From: Neodothiora populina
Lineage: Eukaryota
Reading direction: 5' to 3'
NCBI RefSeq assembly: GCF_041146345.1
Contig: NW_027191413.1
Span: forward strand, 248,001 to 312,000
DNA length: 64,000 nt
Positions within the stretch are counted from its first letter, which is position 1. Each line of letters opens with the position of its first letter. Below, one piece after another: positions 36,475 to 52,186 of this stretch. The notes beneath the pieces are model-generated. The model made no database searches, had not been told where the DNA came from, and saw only the letters and a program-made list of their open reading frames with translations. The translations under genes and the position numbers were made by a program.

Positions 36475-37629
36475 ATTCATGGACTTTGACGCGACGAGAT
36501 GATGCTGTGGAAGGGTATGAGGATCTAAAATCATGCGATGCCGGGGTCGAGCCATGTGTAAATATAGATGGAGTCCATGAGGTCGATACACACGCCACAG
36601 AGCTGGACCGAATGCATTCTGTACAACACAACCACACTCGTTTCTGCCTTGAGATCTCTTCTTTTCGCACTCGGACATCATTGGACCTCAACCGCCTTTC
36701 CAAGACCGGTCTTGCCTCACAGCTGGACTACTCTTCGGGTGGTCAGATTCGTATGGTAGGTAGAGGACTAATCGCCGCATCTTTGAACCTTGCTGCTTCA
36801 CTATTCTGGCTCGATGCGTTTGTGGGCATAGGAGAGTGCCGCATGCTTGGTCTGTTCCTCCATCGACTATGCACTGGCAGTCTCATCATATGCAGATAGT
36901 GATCGTGAGTTTGGTTATCTTGACTGCCCTCGGCCTTTGAAGTCGAGGATCATAATCCACAAGTATACATGGAACGTATTGCCTCATCAGGGAGTGTTAT
37001 GGTCATTGATCTGATATCATCAGACCGTATTGTCAGACATTCATCATTTCCACAGTGGCAGAATATTGCACAATACCACTCTCCCGACGGGCGAGATATA
37101 GTACAAGAATTGACCATCAGTCACTTTCTGCTGGAGGCGATCGACTTACAAGTAGCAAGCTCTTGGCACTTGCCCGAAGAATATACAGTACATATGAATC
37201 AAGACAAGGTAGGCAGCTGTATGCTCACGACTTGTAGACTGTGTCTATTGTTGGCCATGAAAGTCTAGACGATGCTCCAAGCTTCCCTGCGACTAAAGTA
37301 TCTAGGATGCAATACTGGAAACCGGCGGCAAAGGTGCGGTATGGTACGGACTGGAGGGTGGAAGGTGATCGAAGTATTACATAGAAAAGTAGCCGGGTAT
37401 TACCGCTTATGCCAAAGCACGGACCGTCGAGGTCGAAGTGACGACTTACAATTTCTTTCAGCTCGCGCATCAATTGCCATCCATCTCCCATCATCTATTC
37501 CATCTTCCCCCAAATACCCTTGTTTTATTAGATCCTGAGCTTGACTCTATCAAAAGCTCTTGATTCCTTTTTCATCTTGTGTTTTTTCTATAATCTGTAG
37601 TAGCACACCCACATATACACCGTTACAGC

Positions 37630-39779
<2,150 letters not shown>

Positions 39780-40811
39780 GCGATCGTGAGACGCGACGCT
39801 CTGGTTTAATGACTGCTTTTTCCCTTGCTTCTCGAGTTCATCATCTTCTCTCTGTATAACATACCCCCCATTTTACCAATGTTCATGTACAAAAAAAATC
39901 ACGGGAATCGTTGGGTTTGGGGCCAAGGCGTTTATTGTGCTCGACCACATGCAAAGGGACTTTTCCACCGAGGAGACTTTCGGATGTGGATCGCGGGCGT
40001 GGTGGGGGTTAAAGCATGGTTGAAAGTCCTCTATTGTAGCGATTTAAAGCGATTGTTACGTCTGCGATTTGGTGCTACGTTGTTTGAGTTTCTTGAAGAG
40101 GACAAGAGGAAACGAGGACGGAAAAAAGCGAGCCCAGCAGTTGTATTCTTTGTATCATCAATTTCTTGCTGAAAGAAAACCAAAAAGGATAGAAAGAGAT
40201 TCTCCTCTCTAATCACAGACGACTTTTATTGTTCACTTTTTGGCCTTTCTGGCCTTCGACTATGTGCTTCCCATCCAGCTGCATGCAGTGACTATCTTGT
40301 CTTCCATTTGATCATCCATGTGAACGACTGGTGGTGCATATCTACTGCGTGACCAGAAGAGGTACTTGTAGAGGGAGGGAGAGTCGGAAAATGCCGTTCA
40401 GGCAGAGGGCGGCCGACGTGGACTTTCATGTGTCGATGACGAATGACGAAAGGCGCAAATACCTTAGATAGTGCGTGAGTGAGAGGTCAAGTAATCAACA
40501 ATTCGCACTCTTTCAACCAACCATATATATTGGTTCTTCTTTTCTTGTTGTCACTTGATCGCCAAGACTCACACCAACAGTGTTTGCTGAACGCTTGATA
40601 TAGGTCAACCTCTATATTCTGATAATTATCCATCCAACACAGGCGAAACCAACAGAATCCTGTGGCAATCGCGTCACGGTAAACACCTGCTCTGCACTAC
40701 GGACATAGCCCGACTCAACTCCGGATCTCTCTGATTTCCCGATTCCTGTAGTCAACCACTTTTTCTTTACGACAAATCCACAGAGGCATCACAAAAGCAA
40801 CATCGATCAAG

Positions 40812-42598
40812 ATGGATGAAAACATTGCAAACTTTGCTGCAATCACGTCGGCCGATCCAGAACGGGCTCAGCAGTACCTGACCCTCACGGACAACAACCT
40901 CGAACAGGCCATCCAGCTGTATTTTGACAGCGATGGAGCAGACATGGGGGCAGCCATGCCTCAGACCTCATCATCGTCAGCAGCAGCAGCAGCAGCAGCA
41001 GCAGGGGCAGGAGCGCACTCTTCACATCCAGCAAGCGATGCGCCTCGGTCGGGCTATCATGAAGACGAGCGGGGAGTGGTGACGATCGACTCTGATGATG
41101 AAGGAGACTTGCGCGGTGGCCAGGCCTCGTACGAGGACGATGAGGCCGTGGCTCGCAGGATGCAGGAGGAAATGTATCGTCAGGGGGGCATCGAAGAGGA
41201 AGAAGTGCGCGCTCCCATGGCCAGAACCACCGAGACGCTGGTCGGAGGGCCATCGGACTACTATGGTGGCGGCGGGGAGGACGACATGAATGCTGCCGTC
41301 ATGGAGCAGATGGCTGCCAGACAGAGAAGAGGTATGTTTGTGGGAGACATCAGCACAGGGGTTTGTCTGATTGCTGACTTCTTTGTTCAGCGGCCGGTAG
41401 ACCAGGCATCTTCAATCAACGTGTAGAGCCGTCGGTGTGGGACAACAACGACCCCGAAGCACAGAGACAAGCAAGAGCAAGAATGACAGGAGGCGCATCG
41501 GAGCAGTCAAATAAGACCAACCTGCTCGCCCAGCTCTTCCAACCTCCAGTCGACATCATGTCTACCTTGTCGTTCACCGAAGCCCGCGACGAGGGCAAAG
41601 AAGAGGAGAAGTGGTTGATGGTCAACGTCCAGGACCCTTCTGTCTTTGACTGTTCCGCCCTCAACAGAGACATATGGCGCAATGCACAGGTCAAGGAGAC
41701 CATCAAGGAGAACTTTGTCTTCCTGCAATTCAACAAGGACGATCCGCAGGGAGCGCAATACGTGAACTACTATCTGATGCACAACCGCGACAACGAGAGC
41801 ATATATCCTCACATCGCCATCGTGGACCCCCGCACCGGCGAGCAGGTCAAGACATGGTCTGGCAGTCCCTTGCCCTCGGCCTCTGACTTTCTGATGGATC
41901 TCCACGAGTTCTTGGATCGCTACTCCCTAAAGGCTTTCGCCAAGAACCCCGTCGCCACGCGCAAACCCGAGCAAAAAGCAAAGGACGTGGGCCGCATGAC
42001 AGAAGAGGAAATGCTGGAAATGGCCATGCAGAACAGCCTGGAAAGCAAAGGCGCCTCCTCGAGCGGCAATGGCAACCACTTGGATCCCGACGCATTGACG
42101 AAAGCAGAGCCCTCGTCGGCGGCTCCCACACCTCCATCTGGAGCAGCAGCATCAAAAGGCAAAAGCAAGGCTCTCGACGTCGACCCCGACGCAATGGATC
42201 TATCAGACATGGGCCCTCCACCCCCAGAGACGAACACAACCGAGCCGGCTTCTTCCTCGGAATCGTCATCACCGTTCGCTCAGATCCCCTCTGACCGTCC
42301 CCACACAGAACCAACAGACACTTCCCCAGCGACAACGACAAGGATCCAATTCCGCTACTCAGGCGGCCGCCAGATCCGTAGGTTCTCACTCTCTGATCCA
42401 GTCAGTCGGATCTACGAATGGCTCAAGGCGAGTCCGATAGTCACGGAGAACGATGCAGGATCAGGACAGCAGCAGCAGCAGCAGCAGCAAGAGTTTGAGT
42501 TGATCTTCATGGGCAAGAATCTCATCGAGCTCTTGGACTCGAGTATTGGCGATGCCGGGCTGAGGAATGGAAGTGTCATGGTTGAGTTTGTGTCGTGA
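40812..42598 (+). CDS. UBX5: UBX-domain Cdc48 cofactor (UBA-like, UAS, UIM, UBX); intron 41332-41390
   Basis: AQQYLTLTDNNLEQAIQLYF, VRAPMARTTETLV, KWLMVNVQDPSVFDCSALNRDIW, MTEEEMLEMAMQNSL, TTRIQFRYSGGRQIRRF. Confidence 0.87.
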
Positions 42599-42610
42599 GC
42601 CTTCTGTCTC

Positions 42611-42702
42611 TCTTCTTCGTCTTCGATTCTTCTTCGTCTTCGATTCTTCTTCGTCTTCGAAGCTGATTCGAACGATGGATGATGATGATGATGATGATGA
42701 TG
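42611..42702. repeat. 17-mer tandem repeat (TCTTCTTCGTCTTCGAT)x3 followed by (GAT)8
   Basis: Read directly, immediately after the UBX5 stop codon. Confidence 0.9.
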
Positions 42703-43166
42703 CAGGAAGAGACACTGAGGAACTCGAATGAAAGAAGACGACACGACGAGATTAACTAGTTACCCCAATGAGCCATATAGAGTCCTCCAACACGTGTGAA
42801 AGCCGGAGGTTTTTCTAGCAACAATTACATCACACGACCAGGCGAACGTTGCTTCTCCATTTGCTTCTGCCCTTTCCTTTTCTTTTTCTCCAGATTACAT
42901 CGCATCCTCTTTTGCGGATTCGCGTAAGCAAGAGAACGAATGAACATACCTTTTCCTCTCCCGCTTCTATCTCTTTGAAACTGAGGTGTGTTTTCTGCTC
43001 ATGTACAAAGCGTACAGATAAAAGGTAAGGTAAGGAAAGGTATCCTCTTGAAAGACATGAATGTAGCAGGGAACATATATAGAGACTCCATGGAAAACAG
43101 AGAAGCCGAGCAACGACAGTTCAAGAACGACCGAGTGAGTGGGAAACGCCTTCTATCCATCCAGCA

Positions 43167-43219
43167 GTCTTCTTACAGTCGTTCTTACGGTCTTCTTACG
43201 GTCTTCTTACGGTCTTCTT
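43167..43219. repeat. 11-mer tandem repeat (GTCTTCTTACG), about 4.5 imperfect copies
   Basis: Read directly in the UBX5-ATG1 intergenic region. Confidence 0.85.
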
Positions 43220-44164
43220 TACAGGCTGGCGATTGGATGATTCGTCCATCCGTTTATCCATCCATCCGTCTACCCAATTCATCTAATCACATCGCATCGC
43301 ATCGCATCTCTGTAGTCCTATCTCATCTCGTGTTCCTCGAGTCATTCGATCTGCGCAAATGTCGAAAATCTCATGAAACCTCATATTTGTTTCATTTCAT
43401 GTCATTTCTGTATGTATGTAATTCCAGTTATTCGACCTCCTTATTCGTCCATCCATCCATCCATTCAACTCTTCCACGATAAACAGGCCCGTCGCAGAAC
43501 AACCCCCGGAAACGAGATGAACAGAAAGGGTGGATTATCTTGCAATTTGATAAAAGAAAAAGAAACAGTAGAAGAAAATGCCCTCTCTGTGCGCCCCTTG
43601 TCCGGTCCAGTCCAGTCCATTCATATATCTTCGATTTCAACCAACACAAGAAACAAACCCGCTGTGAGAAATAATGCATAGGTACTCCTCGAGTAAGTGC
43701 CCAGATGAAAACGAAGAAAAAGGCAGAAACGAAGAAGAATAAAGATCCAGTGTGCGCCAATTGCAATGGTTTGTTCTCACGACTGCTTCCTTGTATGAGA
43801 AAAAGTATCATTGTCCGAAAAGAAAAAAAGAAGAAAGGGCGAAGAGTGGCGATTGGAGTGTGTAGATAAGAAGAATTTCATGGGTATTCGTGACAATTGT
43901 GGTACTTGATCAATAAAATAAGTAGACGACGACGACGACACCGGAAAGCAGAAAAGAAAAATGATCGTCGTCGCGGTTCGCATCACACATTGTGGTCATG
44001 CTGCTGCTGTCGACTGCATAGAAGACTGTGATAGAGAAAAGAGAATGGGGATAGAGACGCTCGTGTAGCCCATGTATAGCAGCAGAAATCTACAACTTCT
44101 GGTGAAACTGAAGCAGAGATGTCACCATAGCAACAACGAACATGGTCGAAGGCTTGGTCATCCT

Positions 44165-47100
44165 TCACTTGGGCGGCGTGTCTGTTCCTACACCTGCTAC
44201 AGTAGGCGCGGGAGACGAGGTCGAAGACGTGCGTGAGAGGCCTTTGTTTGACAACGACGTAGCCGAGAGACGCTTCGCCGCGTTTTGCTGAGCATTGAAT
44301 GCTGCAATCTTCTTGCGTAAGCCGTCGAGTCGTTTTCTCGTATTGTTGACCACTGGAACACGTAATAGTCAGCAACAAAACCCGATGGGGGCTTGATATA
44401 CGAAATAAAGATAAGAAAAAAAAACTTACTGTAGACGACCGTCGCTCGGTCCTCGTCGCCCAATCCGTTAATCGTCTCGTCGTCAGATCTGCTCTTGCAT
44501 TCACTCGGCAGCTTGAACGAAAGCTCGTCGTCATTCTCCAACACTGCCTCATGAAGACACACAGCAGTCACATAACTCAATTCGCAACTGTGCATTTCTT
44601 CCTTGCTGTTGCCGCCACCGACGAGTTCCGAGATCGCCGCAGCTTTGCTCATCTCCAATGCTCGCTCGTACATCAGTCTTTCGGCGGTGACTCCGGTTGT
44701 CAAGTGGATCTGCTCGACGGGAAGGTCAAAATTGTTGCCCGATGCCGAGTTCTCGGTCGGCTTGTGCTTGCTTGGATGTCCTGGGTGAGTAGGCGGGAGC
44801 TGCTTCTGTGCTTCGATGAGTCTACGACCGACGACCTCAGACTTCTCCAGACACTCATTGAACCGGTTGCGAGCCCATTGCACCACATTATTCATCCTCT
44901 TGCTAGCATCCACAGTCCGAATATTCGTCGGTAACGAAGTGCCGGCCTGCAGGTTATCGGCCGGCCTGTGCCGCTCCCACCAATACCGGACCAGATTGAT
45001 GGTTCGGAGCAGGATCGACAATGCCTTGACATAAAGCACGAAAGCCTCTTCGGCGACTGCTGCGATAGCAACCTGCGTCAACTCTTCTTCCTGAGCCTCT
45101 CCGTCGGCGTCCAGCGGGTGCTCTAGGTTGCTGATCGGGCGTATACTGAAGCCGTCCTCAGCAGAGGGCGTCGCAGGCAGCAACTGTCTGTATTTGACTT
45201 CTGCAAACCCATACACTACATCACTTCGAGTCGCAGCTTGCTCGACGGCTCGGCACATCTTGGAGTCCTCGTCAACAGGACCCGGTGATTCTCTGCCATC
45301 TGTGAGGAGAACCGGAAGAGGTGCAGGATATTGAGGGAAAGCGCCATAGCCCTGTGGGGGCGAAGGACCTTTGCCAAAGTGAAGGGCGAATGGTGGCGAA
45401 GTGCCTAAGCTTCCAAAGAGGCGGGCGTTGGCAGCGTTTAGCACCTTCTGCAAGGCGCTTGTCGCATAACTCGGGTTTGGGGCATAGCGACGCTCGAACG
45501 ACGGCTTTCTGTCATGAATTGTAGGGTCGGCGCGTCGTCCAGATGCTATCTGTACAGCGTTTGAAGGAGCTGCAGGCTGTGCTCCTGTGGCAGAAGTCGG
45601 CGCTCCCTGTGTTGTAGCGCGGCGCACCAGTCCGGCGTGCTCGTGGGTGTTTCTCTGAAACCTATTCTCTAGCTCGTCCGCCAGAGCATTCACCTCGGTC
45701 GCCTGCTTGTCAACCTTGACCCACTCGCGCTCGAATGCAATGTCATCCTCAGCGCTGTTTCGCGGGTTTGCTCTTCGTAATGCTCTTTCTTGCTGGATCT
45801 GAGCTGTTACGTTTGACTTGGCAGGTGCTGATGTGCCAGGAGCTGCGAAACGACTGACTCTCTGATATGGTTGTGGGGCGGCTTCCATGCCTTGACGAGT
45901 CTTATAGGGGGCAGGAGTTGTCGGGTGGTGCGACATGACCGGCCGGCGCGAGTCGGTCTGGCTCGACGGTCTTGCCGGCTCAGGTTCCAAGTTTCTCGGA
46001 CTTCTACTGACGGATGATTTCCGTGCGATGCCTTCCATAGATCGTTTCCGCGTAGTCTCAGGGGTGGGCTGGACGGCAGGACTCGGTGCAGCTTTCTGGG
46101 GAGCCGCGTTGGCACTTTCCTCACGGTCTTGTGCCGACGAGGTGATGGCCTGCTTTCTCAGACGATCCGTCAATTGTGACATTGCCAAGTCCATTGATTG
46201 GTTAGGTGGTTGAGGAATGTCCTCTCCGACAAGGCCGGGAATGTCACCGACGATGACCGGATCCTGGAAAAAGCGCTCGAAGCTGGTCCTCTCGATGGGA
46301 TCCTGCTTCAGCATGGTACGAATGAACGTCTTGTATTCTCTGGATACGGCGAGGCCGGCGGGAAACTGGATCAGATCCTGTGCGGCCTTGATCCTCTTGA
46401 GCAGTTCGATATGGTTACTCGCCCTGAAAGGTGGCTTTCCGACGACCATTTCGTATGAAATGGTGCCAACGGACCACAGGTCAGCCTTGGCATCATACTT
46501 TTGATAGTTCAGAATCTCGGGTGCCATGTACAAGGGAGAACCACACAAGGTCTCGGCCAAGGAAGCGGCAGGCAAGTGGCGAGCGAAGCCAAAGTCGGCG
46601 ATTTTGATCATGGGTAATGATGAAATGCCAGCGGCAGGAACCAGAGAGTGTTCACTGACAGCAAGAGGCACGTCCTCGGGCCTCTGTCTCTGCATATATG
46701 TGGGTGGCGGATTCAGGAGTAGGTTCTGTGGCTTCAGATCACGATGGACGATGTTCTTCTCGCGCAGGTACTTCATGCCGCTGGCCGTCTGCTTGATGAA
46801 GTGCCGGGCCAGCACTTCGTTGAGACCGCCGTTCGGCGGGTTGGGGTATTTTTCAAAGATCTTGCGAGTCTCGTGCATTTGGGCGGCAGCGTTGCGAGAC
46901 TTCATGAAAGCGGCAAGATCGGACAGCTGACAGTATTCCATGACTATATGAATGTTTCCCGGCGTCTCGACACAAGCGAACAGGGCGACAATGTGAGGAT
47001 GCTGCAGCTGCTTAAGGATGCGGATCTCCGAGTCGAGGTTTTGCTTGAGTCGCGTGGTGAGTTTCGAGGTGTGTATCGATTTGATGGCGGCATATGATCT

Positions 47101-47297
47101 CTTCTTCTGTGATTGGCAGTCAGCATGAGTGAGAATGGCAGGGTGGAACTCTACAGGACACGAACCCTGTGTGAGGCAATGTAGACGCTCGCAAAGCTAC
47201 CCTTGCCTATGACTTGCTGTCGGACAAAATCTCCAATCTGCATGTCCGGAACCTGAGGTCCGGGAGGATTGCGCGAGGATCGACTCGAGGAGGCCAT
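44165..47297 (-). CDS. ATG1: Autophagy serine/threonine kinase Atg1; 3 exons
   Basis: IGKGSFASVY, HRDLKPQNLLL, KIADFGFAR, TLCGSPLYMAPE, KYDAKADLWS; C-terminal RSDVVYGFAEVKY, EAFVLYVKAL, WARNRFNECLEK, TAERLMYERALEMS. Confidence 0.93.
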
Positions 47298-49795
47298 GAT
47301 GGCGGTAGGGAGGGAGGAGGTCGCTGGTAAGCCCCCCACCTGTTTACTGGGGACGCTGAGAGGCGATGGTGGTGTGTTTGTTGTTGGAAATCCGTAGTCG
47401 ATTAGCCGCTGTCAGGCATAGGAAGAAGTGGAAAACGAGGTGACTGTGGTGACCGGGGGTGACTTGGATGTCGAGGCTCGAGTGTCGAGTGTAGAGCGTC
47501 TCACGTGGCAGACGTCAGGCGTTGTCGTGACTGAGCCGAGATGATCCAAGTGTGTGGATGGTCTAGACAGACTTTGGCTTTGTTCGACAGGCAGAGTGGT
47601 GACGGGATGCTTGAGCGATGTGATGCAATGTGTGATGTGATGCGAATGCGCCTGAATGGAAACAAATACCACGGGCGAGATGAGGCGGATACAGATGATG
47701 CGCAGAGAGATACGGATTCAATTAAGAGAAGAAAGAATGTCGAAAGGCAAAGAGAATCAGCTGGTTGGATGTGGTGATGACGGTGACGATGATGGTAAAT
47801 GATGAAGATGAAGATAGCAACAGCGACAACAGCAGTGGTGACAAGTCCGAGTCAAGTCGGTGGATAAAAGCGACGAATGACTGATGTCGATGTTTCAGAA
47901 GCAGCTACCCGCAACTAAAAGGCGGAGATAATGTGATATAAGGTACGATAGAGACTACCTCGTTAGGGTCAAATCGGTCACTCGTATCTTGTTAGACCGT
48001 ATCGTCAAAGAAACCCTATTCAAATGCTATCTCGAAAGCATCTTACAGGGGAGCTTCGGACATGGCAAGAGGGCAGACCAGGGAGAGGAGGAGAGTGTAT
48101 ACAAGACACAAACAAAGACGACAAGGCGGCAGTAGGAAGGGCTGTCTCGATATGCTCTGATCCGATCTGATCTGATTTACTTAGGTAGGGACAAGAAGAG
48201 CTGCTGGGACAGGCACTCGTGGATAACCAGGGAGAGGAAGAAGGTATACAGCAGTAGTAGTAGAAGGCAAGACACAGGGGCTTACAGGTCGCAGGTTGCA
48301 CAACTCCAAAGATCAGGTACTCTACGCCGCCTACGCCGCAGTGAGAGACGAAGCTACCTTGAGGTGGAAGGCAAGTGAAGGCTATCGGGAAAGCTTTGGG
48401 ATGGGACGCCGTGTGAACCTTAATCCTTATCCTGGCTGCCGATAAGAGTCAGAGTGCAGAGCCTCTCTCTGGCTCTCTCTCCCTCTCTGTGACTGACAGT
48501 CATTCATCATCGGTCCCCTTCTTGCGTGCTATTAGCTAATCCACACTCGTACTGACAAATGCAGGAGAAACCCCAGCTCTAGAATCGTTTCCTTCCACCT
48601 AGGTCATTCTCAGGGTGGGAAAACAATTAGTCAGTCCGAGTCTTGTCTCGAGGCTTCGTCCGTCTCTAGTGGTCGCGTGCATGTGGCAAGTCGTCGTCCG
48701 ACTCGCGAGAAGGGCAGGCAGCACAGGGCAAGCACACACCAACGATGGGACCTAACCAAGCACATGATCGTCATCGAGGGAAGAGGGGACAGAGGGAGGG
48801 GACAGAGGGAGGGTTCAATCAACCTAAGTCTTATCAGCAGGACCCTGGAGACACACGAAATGCTTATCTGAACCCTCGCGCGCGTCTGCATGTCGTATGT
48901 CTCTACTACTACTACTGCACATATGACAGTAATACCAACAGACAGTAGATGAGTCGTTAGCCTTGCTGTGCTGTGTTGTACTGTGCTGTGCCGCCCTCGA
49001 CCCAGAAGCGCCGGCCAAGCCGCCCGTCAATATAGATCACGCTGGGAGTGAAATGCAATCTCGCTGGCGAGAAACAAAGCTGTCCTGCAAGCTTATCTAC
49101 CCAGCCTCGAGCCAGCTTAGACATGTTTTCAAAGCCTATGGTATGATAAAACTCACGTATACAACGAAACGCAGGACGCCTGCTCGTCTTCTGAAGCCAG
49201 ACCAGACCAGAAATGCGGGGAAATGGTGAGTTGTTTTTTGGAAGGGAACACTGATAACGGAGCTCTCCCCGCGGCCTTGCTTTGCCTTAGCTGCCTAATC
49301 CGACAGCAACGACTACTCTTGCTCTCTCTCTGACCGGTGGTCTTGCTGCAGCTCAGACTCATGAGCGTGTGGACACATAATTGGCAGGAGCTGGGGTCGA
49401 GGGAGCAGATAGTACACATTGTTACACTCATACAGTACAGTACGCCCGATAGAGGCGGGATCCTTGCACTTTGGCTCGGATGGGGTTGTTGTCTTTCCTT
49501 TCCTCCTCTGGCTCTCTCTTATCAGTGGCTGGCTGGCTGGCTGGCTGGCTGCCTGCTTTCTGCGCGCTTGCTGCCCAAAGTCTAGTCCTGTAGGTAAGCT
49601 AAGTAGCACAACAGCAGGATCCACCTAGCCACCACCTGTCCATTCGCTTTGTGGGCCTTGCTGCATCCTCTGCCGGAGGAGAGACGCCGAACGCGCCAGT
49701 CTCTGTTCGTGCCTGGCATACTCTGCAATGCAAATGCAATGCAATGCAGTGCCATGCCATACCGCCTGTTTCTGGGCTTTTTGCGTCCCCTACAC

Positions 49796-51589
49796 CTATT
49801 GCATCTTTCCCTTGCCTTTGGTCTTTGTTGTCCTTCGCCTCTCCCATATCATGACGTACGCCTCCTTGGTGCTCAGCAGCTCGGGCTCGACCATTCTGAC
49901 GAACAGGTCCTGAACCTCCCACCATCGCTCGCTGCCCTCTTTATTGCTGCTGCCCTTTGCATCGCCGCCGCCGTCGTCGTCCGTTCCTCGATCAAGTAGT
50001 TGCACTCTCCACACTTTCTTCTCTGCCTCGCCCTCGACACTGTCGTCTCTCACTCGAACACCCTCGTGCGTGACGTTGGCGACCAAGTCGTATGTAACGG
50101 GCTCGCCCGCGGGGTGTAGCGCTGGGTTAGGCTCCACATACGGAGACATGTCTAGTGCCCTCGGTGAAAAAGTGACGATAGTGGGATTTCTTTGCTCTTG
50201 CAGAAACTTATTCGGTGAGAAGCGCTTGACGTGCATAATCAGATAGGGTGGGAGCGGATGCATGAGGCGATAACGCATGCGCGTGTTGAGGCGCTCTTGC
50301 GCGCGCACGCCGTCGTATTTCCTCAGTACTTCGGTCAGGGGCACTTGCGGGATGATGTTCTTCTCTCTGTCGTCCTGGAACAGAGGCGAAGGAGGTAGGT
50401 CTAGAGTCAGGATCATAAATGGCGCGCTTTTCGAATTGATGGCTGCGTCTTCGAAGCGTAGCCTGTCTTGTGCATCCGCTCTTGCTGTGATCTGTTGCGA
50501 TTCCACCCTCATCGTGCCCTGGAAGATCTTCTGGATGATGCTGCTCTTGGGTTTGGTCTTGCTTCCACCTAGAGAGAGATGTAGATTGTTGAGGAACCAC
50601 GACAGGAAGTCGGCCGGGTCGGACTGTTCGGTCAAGGAGAAGCGCTTCTTCGACTGCAGCGATATCTCCTGCAGAAGCTCGTGGGGAGAGACGTGAGCCT
50701 TGAAAGCCTTTGGGTTCCATATCTTGCGCAACAATATACTGAAGCGCTGGACGAGCTGGTTGCGCGCCGACAGGTCCTCGAGCATGAAATAGTTCCTCAA
50801 CGGCGGTACATGGGTCAGGGCGTGACAGACGGCGTTGAAGTAATCATTCGCCTTGATATTGTTCATTCCCACGTATCCTGGCACATATTTCCTCCCCTGG
50901 AGATCCCAGGCTTGAGGATGCGTCTTGTCCAGCTTCATGACATCTTCCTTGGTGAATGTCGGATCGACAACGAACTTGATGTCGTCGAGCGATTTGCTCT
51001 GCACCTCGTACCCTTCTGGCAGCACATAGACCTTCTTGGTCTGCATGTTGATGTAAACATGATGTCCCACCTCGAGCGCATGGAAATAAGCTTGCGATTT
51101 CGGTCCTCGTCCCTGGTAGTAGGTTCCGCACACGAGACACGCATAGACATTGATATTGGACAGCGTGACGGAACAGAGCTTCTCAAAGTCAAAGTCCAGC
51201 AGGGCGCGATTGATAGTGTCGAGGTAGAGATCCGAGTAACCTTCCGTGGGCGCGGTCTGGCGCTTTGGTGCTGATATGGCGGGTTCGTTGTCCTCCTCAT
51301 CGTAGTCTTCTTCTTCTTCTTCTTCTTCTTCTTCTTCTTCTTCTTCTTCTTCTTCTTCTTCTTCTTCTTCTTGGTTGTCTATAGGTGTAATACCTGCTTC
51401 TAGCAATTCCTGCTCTTCTTCCAGCGCCGCTTGTGAGATTCCATTCACTCCGTTGCCGTTCTCCTTTCCCCTGCCTGTGAAGCCATTTGTTATGGAAGGC
51501 GATTCATCTTCTCCTTGGATCCTCAAGCGCTTCGAGGCGGGAGAATCAAGTGTCTGGGCGAGATCATCGACTGCTGGCCGTTTCGACAT
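49796..51589 (-). CDS. SAD1: U4/U6.U5 tri-snRNP protein Sad1/USP39 (zf-UBP + inactive USP domain); intronless
   Basis: LYLDTINRALLDFDFEKLCSVTLSNINVYACLVCG, GYVGMNNIKANDY (Asp at the catalytic Cys position), VSPHELLQ, EVQDLFV. First in-frame ATG is at 51589. Confidence 0.92.
   Translation of the reverse strand: MSKRPAVDDLAQTLDSPASKRLRIQGEDESPSITNGFTGRGKENGNGVNGISQAALEEEQELLEAGITPIDNQEEEEEEEEEEEEEEEEEEEEEDYDEEDNEPAISAPKRQTAPTEGYSDLYLDTINRALLDFDFEKLCSVTLSNINVYACLVCGTYYQGRGPKSQAYFHALEVGHHVYINMQTKKVYVLPEGYEVQSKSLDDIKFVVDPTFTKEDVMKLDKTHPQAWDLQGRKYVPGYVGMNNIKANDYFNAVCHALTHVPPLRNYFMLEDLSARNQLVQRFSILLRKIWNPKAFKAHVSPHELLQEISLQSKKRFSLTEQSDPADFLSWFLNNLHLSLGGSKTKPKSSIIQKIFQGTMRVESQQITARADAQDRLRFEDAAINSKSAPFMILTLDLPPSPLFQDDREKNIIPQVPLTEVLRKYDGVRAQERLNTRMRYRLMHPLPPYLIMHVKRFSPNKFLQEQRNPTIVTFSPRALDMSPYVEPNPALHPAGEPVTYDLVANVTHEGVRVRDDSVEGEAEKKVWRVQLLDRGTDDDGGGDAKGSSNKEGSERWWEVQDLFVRMVEPELLSTKEAYVMIWERRRTTKTKGKGKMQ
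51308..51370. repeat. (TTC)21 / (GAA)21 microsatellite encoding poly-Glu in Sad1
   Basis: Perfect trinucleotide run read directly. Confidence 0.95.
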
Positions 51590-52186
51590 TTTCCGAGAGG
51601 AGATGTCCTCCGTGGGAGAAGCGGCGCTTGTAGGTTGCGTCTGCTCTTGTGGAAGTTGCACGTGGTCGGAGCCGTGATGTTTCGGTTCGACCGTTTTCGT
51701 ATCCTGAGCTCGTGGGGAGTATATTTGGTGGTGCAGTTGATGTGCAAAAGAAAGATGATTGCTCGTCTCTGAAGCTCTCCAACTGCGAGTGGATTATATC
51801 GCCAAGCCTCGAGGTCTAAGCACTGCTGGTGACCCTGTCCTTGACTGTGAACCAGCTACGACACGTGACATGTTGATTGCACCTTTACTGCTAACTACTC
51901 ATTGGACGGACTGCATATGTACTCGGATGAGCGCCGGTGCCAGCAGTGAAGACATCTGACCTTAGGACCATGCACTTGTCGAGAAGGCTTTTGGTGCCAG
52001 CATGTTCATCTTCTGGCGCATTGCTTGAGAAGCTACCAGGTAGCCAATGTGCACCCTGTGTTCACGGCATTTCTATACGTTCATACCCCACATCTATGCT
52101 CAGATTCGCCCCGGTGTCCTCATACGAGGGGAAGAAAATATACATTTCACTTTTGCGTCCCTCTCAGCCGTAATCTATGTTTGCTT

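Noticed and set aside
42611..43219. Short direct repeats as a possible CRISPR-like array
   Set aside because: Units are head-to-tail with no spacers, in a eukaryotic context.
47400..49780. Small ORFs and simple repeats upstream of ATG1
   Set aside because: Low-complexity promoter/UTR sequence; ORFs lack coding bias or motifs.
51590..51661. GTG-initiated 24-aa extension of Sad1
   Set aside because: An in-frame ATG in good context (AAAATG) lies at 51589; nothing supports the upstream start.
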